From positions 160,001 to 224,000 of IMG/VR virus record IMGVR_UViG_3300002835_000001: a stretch of 64,000 nt of DNA, one strand, 5' to 3'. A program made the translations under genes and the position numbers. Under the pieces are notes generated by a model. The model searched no databases. It was not told where the DNA came from and saw only the letters and a list, made by a program, of their open reading frames with translations. This DNA is from a virus. Taxonomy: Duplodnaviria > Caudoviricetes. Below are positions 21,714-32,000 of this stretch, piece by piece (position 1 is the stretch's first letter; every line of letters begins with the position of its first letter).

Positions 21714-22085
21714 TTATTCCATCGTAAATAGATACGCATATTTGTTTACCAATCCTAAAAATTCATCTCTTAGGTTTAATAAATCGGTGTCTGAAGGGTC
21801 AAGTTGTTCTGTAAATTGTACCAACGCCTCTCTAGTCGTATTAACTAAACCTTTAATATCTATTTCAGATAAATTTGATAATTCTATAGTTTTTGTTTCT
21901 TCATCCAAAACAAATCTACCATACTTACCCATTGCCTGTTCAATATACTTGTCAATTAATGGAGTTAAGTCGTCGTAGAAATTACCAAATGCCTCATGTC
22001 TTGCAATACCTTTGGTTTGCCAATGACATATTTTCATTTGATTTTGTAAACCTAAAAAAAAGTTTACATTAGAACTTATATTCAT
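21714..22085 (-). CDS. Dps/ferritin-like four-helix protein
   Basis: HWQTKGIARHEAFGNFYDDL..LIDKYIE resembles the Dps ferroxidase signature HW..KG...H...D...D..E. Confidence 0.65.
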   Translation of the reverse strand: MNISSNVNFFLGLQNQMKICHWQTKGIARHEAFGNFYDDLTPLIDKYIEQAMGKYGRFVLDEETKTIELSNLSEIDIKGLVNTTREALVQFTEQLDPSDTDLLNLRDEFLGLVNKYAYLFTME

Positions 22086-22704
22086 CTTCCTCTTCGCTTG
22101 GGTTAAATGATGTTTTTATATTTTCAACTGGATAATTTTCAACCTCGTCTTTGGTTAAAATGTATTCATTCTTACCACTTGCTCTCATCTCACCTTGTTT
22201 GTGTGCGAAGAATTCTTGTGGTTTCTCATTAAATGGATATGAATCCAAAGAACGCATTTCAAGTCTTTCAACTTCAGTTTTTGGTTTGTTGGCCTCAACG
22301 GTTGCACCTAATTGGTCAATCTTACTCATTACTTGGTCCATTTGAGCTAATTTTTGTTCTAAATCAGTTAGCTTTGTAAACACGTCGTCCATCTTAGTTA
22401 TCACCTCGTTGTTTGATCCCGTACTATCTTCTTGGTCTTTCTTAACACTTTTAACCATGTTAACCAAATCGGTAATATCTACTTCTTCTGTATTGTCCAT
22501 TTCAGGAGCGGGTGCTGCGTCCATAGGTGGTGCGTCAGCAGTAGGTAATGCGTTTGGATCTGGTGCCATATCTGCAGGTGCTCCTAAAGCTGGGTCCAAT
22601 GCTGGATCGGCAGGAGGTGCGTCTTGTTCCATTATCATCGTCTTACCATATTTATTTATGGCTTTATAACGATTTAATTCTTCTTGTAGTTTTTTCTCTA
22701 ACAT
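22069..22704 (-). CDS. Acidic/coiled-coil head-internal or scaffold-like protein
   Basis: N-terminal LQEELNRYKAI, a P/A/D-rich linker and a coiled coil. Confidence 0.55.
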   Translation of the reverse strand: MLEKKLQEELNRYKAINKYGKTMIMEQDAPPADPALDPALGAPADMAPDPNALPTADAPPMDAAPAPEMDNTEEVDITDLVNMVKSVKKDQEDSTGSNNEVITKMDDVFTKLTDLEQKLAQMDQVMSKIDQLGATVEANKPKTEVERLEMRSLDSYPFNEKPQEFFAHKQGEMRASGKNEYILTKDEVENYPVENIKTSFNPSEEEDEYKF

Positions 22705-22707
22705 GGC

Positions 22708-22911
22708 TTAATCTTGTAATAATTGTCTACCGTCGTTTGTAACGTATTTTTTATTTATTCTTTCAACAATTCCGTCTTTTTCTCTGATTGTGTAACATTC
22801 TCCCGTTACCATATCACACTCTTCTCTTTCCATTTCATCATTTGATGTTCTTTTAGTCTGTTTAGGACTTAAGAACTGATCCATGGTGTTGTTTAATTTA
22901 TTATTTTCCAT
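22708..22911 (-). CDS. Small hypothetical late protein
   Basis: 67-aa ORF with TATTTATA 16 nt upstream. Confidence 0.65.
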   Translation of the reverse strand: MENNKLNNTMDQFLSPKQTKRTSNDEMEREECDMVTGECYTIREKDGIVERINKKYVTNDGRQLLQD

Positions 22912-22955
22912 AATTTTCTGTTATATGTATAAATATCCCAAATTTGTTAATATTC

Positions 22956-25900
22956 TTAAATGATTTCAAAATATACAACATCCCCATCTTGTACTTTTAA
23001 ATCTTTCATTAATTGTTTAGATAGTGCCAATCCAGATTTAACCCCTGTTGGTCCTGCATTAATTGGTCCTGTTATGTTATTAACGTTAATTTGTCCCGAA
23101 CCAACTGGTGGTACGGTTATTGGGGTTTTTACATCCTTTGGGTTATAAAACTTAGTGGTTCCTTTGATAATTAAATTTGGTTTAGCTACATCAAAATCAA
23201 ATTTTGTCGAATAGAAGTATCTTGTTGAACTTGATAAATCTTTCCAAGTAATTGGGTTGGGTTCTATTGTATGTTCCGTTTGTCTCGAAATAATATTCAT
23301 AGATATTGTTTCTTTTATCTCATAATTTGGTCCACCCATAGTAATAACTTGAGCCCTTAAATAATCTTTTCCATTGAAACTAACTTTTTGAATGTACTTT
23401 TCTTCGTTATATCCATTATATGGTACACCATATTGTGTAACCCCTTGTTCTAATAATATTTTTTCTCCGTTAATAGCTTGTTTACTATCTCCCATATCTG
23501 ATAAGAATGTTTTACCATCACTTGTTGTGTGTGTTTGTTCATTCTTTGTTGACCCTGTTGTTGTGGAATTTTCTTGTTCTTTAGTTTTAGCAATTGCCGC
23601 TCTAGTTATCTTGTCAAATAAAACCCTATAACTTGATAGGAATGAATCCTTAGGGTCAGGTAATGATGCATAAGGAATTCTTGTACCTTTAAATGTGGTT
23701 ATTATATTATTATTCCTAATACTATGTGAAACTTCAGTTATCCAATATGACCCCCTAAACATAGGCACATTTTTTAAATAAAAATACATTGTTGGTTGAA
23801 TCATAACATTACCCATACATGTTACGTCACAAGTATATGATGCCTGTCTGTATATGTCAAATAAACTTATGTCTATTTGATTTGCAGCCGCACCACTTTC
23901 AGAACGACCCAAATTTTCAATAACATTAAATGATTCTGTGGTGTTCCTTATTGATGATTGGTCAAGTTGTACACTCTTAAAAATACCTTGGTTTTGGTCA
24001 CCAACACTTACTTCAAACGCAACCACTTTATTAGATTTTGCATAATCTCCTTGACTAAACACCTGTGGTGTTGTTATAACTAATGGACTACCTACTCCAC
24101 TAAATAAGTTACCACTATCGTTTTTAAATTTATATTTTTCGTTAATGTCAGCCAACTCTAGATGTTTAGATGTTGGTCCCGTATATTGAATAAGAATTTT
24201 AGGTGAAGAATCTTGATAGTCCACATCTAAAAATGTTCCAAATAAATTTTCAGCAATTTTCTTAGATGGTGTTATTCTAGATTTAGTTGAGTTGTTTGTT
24301 CCGTAGAAATTAACGTATGCTGGTAATCCCCTCATATCAAATCCCGTTCCTTGTATTAACATTGATATTACACTATAAAGATTCGCCTTACTATTTTTTG
24401 TATCTTCTAATGGTAATAATTTTTCAAGTGAAAGGTACGCTTGGTCTCCTATGTCTTTATTTGCTTTATCTAAGAATAAAAATTCTTCCATTAAAGTCCT
24501 TTGTCCTAATGAATTTCCTGCAACCCATTTATCATTAAACGATTTAAAGTAATTATATAATTCTAATTTTAATGGAATGTCATTATATCCATTTACAATC
24601 GTAACCTCATTTTTACTATCTTTAACTGTTAAAGTTGATAACTTAGGTAATAATTGTGTAAAATATTGTCCAAGTCTTAATTCAGGTCCTCTCAATATTT
24701 TTGTTTTTATATAATCTTGGAAATCTGCCTTTGTTGGGGTGTATGCTAATCCTTTACTTTCGACCCATCCAGCAAATATTAGAATCAATGGTCTAAATAT
24801 TAATACATTTTCTTCACTTAATTCTACATTATTAGTTACGAAGAAATTTTTATAACAATCTGTTGATGGTTCTCCTCCCACATATAAATCAATATACATT
24901 TTATTAGAACTATATTGTGATGAATTGTACTCATTATATGAAAACCTATTTACGTCATCTATTTGAGCAAAACCATTCCATACATTTGGTACAATTTCTT
25001 TTGGGTTACCAATCGTTACTTTTAATAAATTATCAGTTCCTAATATTTGTTGAGTTATTGATTCTAATTTTTTTAATTGTTTTTCTTTTAATGTTGTTAT
25101 AATTGCATTAACATCTGTGTTGTCATTATTATCGTCTTTATCTATGGTAACTAAAGCCTTTAATAAATCTTGAAATTTATCATATTTTACAGAATGACTT
25201 TCAATTGTTTTAGTTTCACCGCTAACAATTCCTGTTACGTTATAGTCTGGAAATACTTTATATGGTATTTCTTCTTCTAATTTTTCTGTTGCAAAATCTA
25301 AAAAATATTCTTCAAATTTATCTAAAATTTGAGGACTAAATGTTGCAATTAAATCGTATATCTTTCTTTTTTCAGATGTTACTAATGAATACTTTGCATC
25401 TTCATCTTTGTTTAAATCGGTGAAAAATGGACCAGAATAATCGACCATATTAAAAAACAAAGTTCCAACATCATATGATTTATTATATTCATCATAATCA
25501 AAGAATTCTTTACCGTCATAATAATCCGTTACTGATTCATTATCATAACACCATAAAATTTTAAAATTTTTCTGTTCGTTACCACTAGCGGTAAGTCCAT
25601 TAGTAAAACCATTCTTAGACCCCCCAACTGAAGGTAATAATGTAAAATATTTGTCTGAAGATACTATTTTTGAGTTGTCAATAAAACTTGTGAAATACAA
25701 ACCATTATCACCAATAGGTTCTTGTACTACATTGATGGTCTTATTAGTAAATGCAGTATCAAATGATATGGTGTCACCAGTTGAAAATAAGAAATGTGAA
25801 TACCCATTTACAATTTGATGAAATACAGAATCATATAATGGATGTAAACCGATTACATTTTGTGATGTATAATTTACGTTTTGTCCAATATTAAATGTTA

Positions 25901-28730
25901 AATTGTTACCATCATCAAAGAATGTTTTTCCACTAATTGCTGTTGTGGTTGTTCCACTTAAAAATCCAGATAATATATCTTTATTTTCTAATATTTTCTT
26001 TTTATATCTATGATAAATTGACCCCCATTTGATTATTAAATGATAGGGTACATAATGTGATGCACTTATCTCTCTAAAAACCGTAGATAACCTTGTTTTA
26101 CCAAAGAATTCATCTTCTAAATCAATAAATGGTAATGAGTTCAATAAAAGATATGCGGAACCTGCATACTTTCCATATGATTGCTTACCGAAATCAGATT
26201 CTAATTGTTTATGAAAATATGGTGTGTTTAAAATACTCGCGGAACTACTCGGTCCAATTTTTATTTTTTCATCGAATAAGTTAGAGTATTTATCTGTCCA
26301 ATATGTTGGTAGTGCAGGTGCAGATATTAATCCTTCTTTGGTATTAACTTGAAATATTTGTTTTAAATTTAAATCTGCTAAACTAAATGATTCTTCACCC
26401 AAATAGTTTAAATAGCTATCCGAATTAAATGGATATATGTTTAATCTATAAGTTTCAGACTCATATGTGAAATCATTTAAATTTTCTTTTAATTTATTAA
26501 AAACACCAGTATCTTCAAAATTCTTATTACCACTATAACTTGTTTCAATTGAGAATGGAGTATTTTCAATTGTTTTTAAATAAGGTGTTGTTGGTAACTT
26601 ATCTTCAAAATAGGGATACCTATCAAATGGTGAAAACGATAATAAATTTTCTGTTAGTGTTGTAATGTTTGTCATTGTTTTTAACATTCCAACAACATCA
26701 GGGTCTTCACCAAACATTTTTTGTATATTATCAAATTCTCTATCCGCTAATTCATTAATTGTGTTTAATGAGAAATCGTCGGATAATGTTGCATATCTAC
26801 CTCTCTCATGTATTTCATATATTATAGAAGATATTGACTTGTTAATATATGGTGTACCAATTGCTAATTGAAACAATGTCGCTATTTTGTGTAAATCACC
26901 ATCTGTATTTGAATTATCAAATACGAAATCAATTTTACTTGCAGAACCTTCGTTACCTGTTAATGAGTCTTGTCTTTTTGTGCCTACAGCTTGATAGTTT
27001 TCTAAAAAATCAATTTCAGGCCACAGAAACTTATCGTATGACCTTAATTTTTGTTGTAACTCAGGATCTCCAGGATATGCAATTACTTTTTGTTTGTTTG
27101 AACTTTGTTTCTTTACTTCAGGCCAAGGATAAATTGAATCATTACCTTTTGACTCATCACTAAACCCTTTTAATATTTGTCTTCTTATTGTGGAAACCTC
27201 AAATGATTTACTATGTACTTCTTTTAGTAACCTAATATAAACTTCGGCATTTGCTAAAATTACCGCAAATATATTACGTATTGTTGGGTCAAATCCAATT
27301 CCTTTATCTTTATCTTTAACGATTTCATTCATTTTTCTTTCAACAAGGTCTTGTAATTTATTTCTTTGTTGAACGAATAATTGTTGCATATCATAGATGT
27401 CTTTTAAAACACCTTGAACAGAGACCACATAACCGCTAGCTATTAATTTTACATAAGAGTCAATCGGTTTTATTTTGTTTGAATAACTAAATGTTTCTTT
27501 CTTAAAATCATTTGCAGATTGTTTTAAAAACGTTTCTGTAAATATTTTAGTCTGTTTTAAATCTAAAGGATAATTTGTTATAATACTTTCTAATGTACCA
27601 TTAACAGTACTTCCTTTTATTTTTATATCTGTTATAGTTCTATCCACCATTCTATTATAAATGGCACCATCTACTTCCACAGTTTCGGCACTTACAAATC
27701 TTTTACTCCAATTTTTAACTGCCGATTCAAATTCTGTTAATTTTTTTTCAAAATCTTTAACACCGACGAATAGTTTCATATCAACCAATCCACCGAATAT
27801 TTCTTTTTCTAATATTTTATCTAAACTTCTAGCAATAACGATTACTTCTCTTAACGTTTTTGTTGGAAAGTTCTTATCAATTAAACCTTTTTGTTTATAT
27901 TCATCATAAACAGATTTTAACATTACATAACCTTTTGAAGATTTTTTAATCTGTTTTTCTTTTGTTCCTTTTTTCTCGTTGAATTTTGCTGGTAAATCGG
28001 GATCCGATTCAACCATATACATGTATGGTGCGTTTAATATACCATCAAGTGGTATGTCATTTAAAAACGCATAAGTTGACCCAACAAATGTTGTGGCAAT
28101 TTCAAAATTACCATTTGATTCATTGTATTTTGAACTGAACTTAGTTAAATGTAATCTATATTTAATTGCTTTACCATAATACCCTTTTATTGTTAAATAA
28201 AAGATCGGCCAAGGTAAATGAAAGAACGCACCATATGGTGAATTTTGGGGTGATTCAAACAGAGTTTTACCTCTAACGTCAATAAAGTTAATGTTAACTT
28301 GTGGTATAAAGTTAGCACCCTTAATATTAATGTTAATACTGTCAATACCAAAAGATTGTGCAGTTGAGTCGTTTTGGTAGTTATATTTATTTCCGTCATT
28401 GTCTACTCCATCTTTTACATTTACAAACTCTTCTGTCCACGCGGTATCAAAATCTTTACCATTTTTACCTTTATTTTGTGTAAAACTTAAGGTTCCTTTA
28501 GCTATGGACGATAATGTTCCTTTCGATGTACTATCGCCAGATGCTGTTAATACGCTTCGTGGTATTAAATCTGCCTCAAGATTGACAAACATTACTAAAT
28601 TTTCTTGTTTTATTCCTCTTGGTTCTACTTGGTCACCATTTTGCACACTATTGGGATCAACAAAAACTAAGTTATTAACATCAACTTTTACTAAAATATT
28701 TTCACTCTGACTAATTTTGTTATTCCCCAT
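22956..28730 (-). CDS. Giant baseplate hub protein (gp27/GPD-like C-terminal region)
   Basis: 1924 aa. GNVMIQPTMYF...GSYWITEVSHSI....TTFKGTR is a late-control-D/gp27-type segment; follows the gp53-like gene. Confidence 0.6.
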   Translation of the reverse strand: MGNNKISQSENILVKVDVNNLVFVDPNSVQNGDQVEPRGIKQENLVMFVNLEADLIPRSVLTASGDSTSKGTLSSIAKGTLSFTQNKGKNGKDFDTAWTEEFVNVKDGVDNDGNKYNYQNDSTAQSFGIDSININIKGANFIPQVNINFIDVRGKTLFESPQNSPYGAFFHLPWPIFYLTIKGYYGKAIKYRLHLTKFSSKYNESNGNFEIATTFVGSTYAFLNDIPLDGILNAPYMYMVESDPDLPAKFNEKKGTKEKQIKKSSKGYVMLKSVYDEYKQKGLIDKNFPTKTLREVIVIARSLDKILEKEIFGGLVDMKLFVGVKDFEKKLTEFESAVKNWSKRFVSAETVEVDGAIYNRMVDRTITDIKIKGSTVNGTLESIITNYPLDLKQTKIFTETFLKQSANDFKKETFSYSNKIKPIDSYVKLIASGYVVSVQGVLKDIYDMQQLFVQQRNKLQDLVERKMNEIVKDKDKGIGFDPTIRNIFAVILANAEVYIRLLKEVHSKSFEVSTIRRQILKGFSDESKGNDSIYPWPEVKKQSSNKQKVIAYPGDPELQQKLRSYDKFLWPEIDFLENYQAVGTKRQDSLTGNEGSASKIDFVFDNSNTDGDLHKIATLFQLAIGTPYINKSISSIIYEIHERGRYATLSDDFSLNTINELADREFDNIQKMFGEDPDVVGMLKTMTNITTLTENLLSFSPFDRYPYFEDKLPTTPYLKTIENTPFSIETSYSGNKNFEDTGVFNKLKENLNDFTYESETYRLNIYPFNSDSYLNYLGEESFSLADLNLKQIFQVNTKEGLISAPALPTYWTDKYSNLFDEKIKIGPSSSASILNTPYFHKQLESDFGKQSYGKYAGSAYLLLNSLPFIDLEDEFFGKTRLSTVFREISASHYVPYHLIIKWGSIYHRYKKKILENKDILSGFLSGTTTTAISGKTFFDDGNNLTFNIGQNVNYTSQNVIGLHPLYDSVFHQIVNGYSHFLFSTGDTISFDTAFTNKTINVVQEPIGDNGLYFTSFIDNSKIVSSDKYFTLLPSVGGSKNGFTNGLTASGNEQKNFKILWCYDNESVTDYYDGKEFFDYDEYNKSYDVGTLFFNMVDYSGPFFTDLNKDEDAKYSLVTSEKRKIYDLIATFSPQILDKFEEYFLDFATEKLEEEIPYKVFPDYNVTGIVSGETKTIESHSVKYDKFQDLLKALVTIDKDDNNDNTDVNAIITTLKEKQLKKLESITQQILGTDNLLKVTIGNPKEIVPNVWNGFAQIDDVNRFSYNEYNSSQYSSNKMYIDLYVGGEPSTDCYKNFFVTNNVELSEENVLIFRPLILIFAGWVESKGLAYTPTKADFQDYIKTKILRGPELRLGQYFTQLLPKLSTLTVKDSKNEVTIVNGYNDIPLKLELYNYFKSFNDKWVAGNSLGQRTLMEEFLFLDKANKDIGDQAYLSLEKLLPLEDTKNSKANLYSVISMLIQGTGFDMRGLPAYVNFYGTNNSTKSRITPSKKIAENLFGTFLDVDYQDSSPKILIQYTGPTSKHLELADINEKYKFKNDSGNLFSGVGSPLVITTPQVFSQGDYAKSNKVVAFEVSVGDQNQGIFKSVQLDQSSIRNTTESFNVIENLGRSESGAAANQIDISLFDIYRQASYTCDVTCMGNVMIQPTMYFYLKNVPMFRGSYWITEVSHSIRNNNIITTFKGTRIPYASLPDPKDSFLSSYRVLFDKITRAAIAKTKEQENSTTTGSTKNEQTHTTSDGKTFLSDMGDSKQAINGEKILLEQGVTQYGVPYNGYNEEKYIQKVSFNGKDYLRAQVITMGGPNYEIKETISMNIISRQTEHTIEPNPITWKDLSSSTRYFYSTKFDFDVAKPNLIIKGTTKFYNPKDVKTPITVPPVGSGQINVNNITGPINAGPTGVKSGLALSKQLMKDLKVQDGDVVYFEII

Positions 28731-29043
28731 AATATAAGTTATACAATTCTACACCACTTTTATAATCTTGTAAAGAGTCGATTAGCGGATATGGTATCCT
28801 TATATAATAATTGTTAGGTATTTCAAATTCTAAACTACCTGCAGCGGGGTTTGCTAATAAAATCAACCAACCATATAATGGTGAATTGTAATATTCTTGT
28901 GATAGTTTATCTAATCTATCTTTACCTTTTTTATATTGTTGGTACTTGTCTGTTCCTTTTATTGGTATTTCGATTCCTGGAACAACTCTAAATTCTCCAT
29001 CATTTATATAAAATTGGTACCTATTAAAATATTCTCTACTCAT
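28720..29043 (-). CDS. LysM/tail X-like baseplate protein (T4 gp53-like)
   Basis: DRLDKLSQEYYNSPLYGWLILLANP...IRIP. Confidence 0.8.
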   Translation of the reverse strand: MSREYFNRYQFYINDGEFRVVPGIEIPIKGTDKYQQYKKGKDRLDKLSQEYYNSPLYGWLILLANPAAGSLEFEIPNNYYIRIPYPLIDSLQDYKSGVELYNLYYGE

Positions 29044-29045
29044 GA

Positions 29046-32000
29046 TTATATTAATTTAAAAGTTTCTGTACCAAATTTAACTTGTTCAGCATTGTGAAGG
29101 TCCATTAAACTTTGTTTTATTTCATCAAGAACAATGTAATCTGTTACATCCACATCATATTCTATCTTACTACCACCCTTTTTAATTGGGAATTTACCCA
29201 TTCTAAAATTCTTTTCTTTCGGTGTCTCTATTAATTTGTCCACAATTTCACCAATTTTATCTGATGTTTCTTTTGTTGAAATTTCTTCATAAAGTTTAGT
29301 TATTGTCTCTCTCTTTCCTTGTAATAATATTGAAATTAGTTCTACAAAAATATTGTCGTTTAATACACCAGTAGCAAAATCAAAACTTATATCTAAGTCT
29401 TCATTAAACTCATCATGTTTGTTTTTAAAATAATCAACAATATTTGAATATTGGTTATATAAGGTTGAACCGGTAAAACCTGATAATGTTGTTGAGATAA
29501 ATTGTACTCCATCAACTTTTCCGTCAAATTCATTTTTAACTAAAAAATTAGCTTTTTCAAATAATTTAATTACTTTATTTCTAGAATCTTCTAATTTCTT
29601 TAGTGAACTACTTTCAGGCATTTCCCCTATTTTTTCGTTAATGATTGATTTTAACGTTTCTCTTAATTTTTCGTTAGACCAATCCATTCCTTCACTTGTT
29701 ACTGCTTTATTAAAACCCAATAAGGTGGTTACGTCATTGTTATTAATATAACTATTTAAATCTGTGGTAAGTTTTGTACTATAAAAGTTTACATTGGCAT
29801 CTTTATTAGATGCTCCAAGTAAAGGTAATATATCTGTTGTTGTTGCACTTGTGTTAATTGTTAATCCAGTTACAGTTTTGTATCTATTGTGAAAAAATAT
29901 ACTTGATACTTTTTTACCATATTTTTTAACAACTTCGTTATATGATGATTTATATAAATTAATATACGAATCTGTACCGCTAAAAATTGTATCAATAAAA
30001 CTAGTATAATCTATTTTAATATAATCAAGACCAGAATTAAGAATTCCCGTTCCAATATATAATCCTTGACTAACTTTTGGTTTATTATCTTTATCACCCT
30101 CTAACTGAAATTCTGGTTTCTTTTGTAATTCAGCAATGAATTCTTTAGTAAATTGGTCCGCTGGTTTACCATCAATTAAAGTTGCGGTTGATTGTGCTCT
30201 TTCATCATAAATTTCTGTGTTTGCAAAAAAGTTAGATGATAAAGCATTTTGTAATTTTTCAACCGGTCTTTCCAGTCCTTGTCCACCTATGAAACTAACT
30301 TGTAACGTTATATTAGCAATCATTGGTTGTACTCCAATACCTTCTGGATTTAAATCCCATGTTGAATCGTCATACGTTATGTTAATGTCTCTTATAACAA
30401 TTTTAGAGTGATAAAAATCACCAATTCTTATAACACATATTGGTGGTGGACCAAAAGAAGTATTTCGTGCATTTAAATCATTAACATCAGCAATTCCTTT
30501 TATTGGTATTGTATTTCCAGGTCTTACACATTGTAATAAGAACGTTAATCTTGAGTTCAATCCTTCAGGTGTTGTTGAGTGGAAAGCTGGATGAAAATAT
30601 TTTAATTTTTCCTTTAAAGATGTAAACGCTAACGGTGAATCTTCCTCCAATTTTTTAAAGTAGTAACATTCAGATAGTGTTTTAGTAATTATTCTTTTCA
30701 TTACATCAATAGGTGGCTTTGGTGTATATGTAATTTCAGGTTCACCAGGCTCCTTTGTAATTTTCGGTATTTTAATTTTTTGTGTCGATGGTGGTTTTTG
30801 TACGCTAAGTGTTTTAGCGGAAAACTTAACACTTGTTTGTCTACAATAAAATGCGTTTGGTGTCGTTATTTTTAAACCATATTTTGTTTGAATAACAGTC
30901 TTACAATCTAATCTACCATCTGGATCAACATTCGTTAATCCTTTAGCGTTTTCACCTTCAGTAGAAAAGTTTATAATTAACTTACCTACATTACCTTTAT
31001 ATCCTAACTTTTCAAAAGTAAATGTTAACTTTTGGTCATTTAAACCATCTTTAGCATTCTTTTTAACTTCCTGCTCTGATGGCCAGTTAAAGTCGGGTAT
31101 TTTATCTACATCTCCTTTTAATTTAGTAAGAATATCCAATACTAAAGAATGTGCTCTTCTCATTCCTAATAGGAAATTGTAATCATCATTTGCAACTTCG
31201 GATGCGCTTGAAAGTATTTTAAATTCAGCAAGTTCAATTGTATTTCCACTTACCGCCTTTTTAAGGTCGGCGATTTTTGTATTAAATTCCGTATAATTTG
31301 TATTTAATTTTTCAAATCCTGTGTTTAACTTATCCAATTGTAAACTAATTGCTTTAGGAAAATCTGTTATTTTTGATTTTTCTAATTTAAAAATTGTCTT
31401 TATGTCTTGGATTGCATCTCCACTTGTGTCTCCACTTAATCTTGTAAAATCAGCTAAAGCATCTGCGTTTAGTGAGGATTTTTGTGCATAATATGAAGGT
31501 TGTATTGTGCTATATATTTCTCCTTTTGTGGTGTTATTAGCATCTTTAGCAGGAATATCATTTGGAAAAAATAAAGCTAATGAAAAAGGTTCGGGTGCCT
31601 TTGTTGGGGTTTCACCCGTCTCTGGTTTAACCTCCTCAACTTCTTCTGATGAATATTTATATTTCTTAATGGTGGACATTTCTTTTCCAGCATTAAGATA
31701 TTCATTAATTCTTTTTATATCGTCCGTATCTAAGTTAGTATATTTTCTTACTAAATCATAAAAGTCAATTTCCTCACATCCAGCAAAGAATGCATTAATA
31801 TAGTTGTCCGCCTCTTCATCTGACATACCTTTGAAATGTTCTCTCACCAATAGATTTAAAATACTTGGGTGGTCAACGACAACCTTAAATGATATTGTAC
31901 CACTTCTTGATGTATTTTGATAAGTGTATATTGGTTCTGGTCTACCTAAAAAACTATTCTCTTCCCATTTAGCACTATTTTGTTCTGATACTTTTAAATC

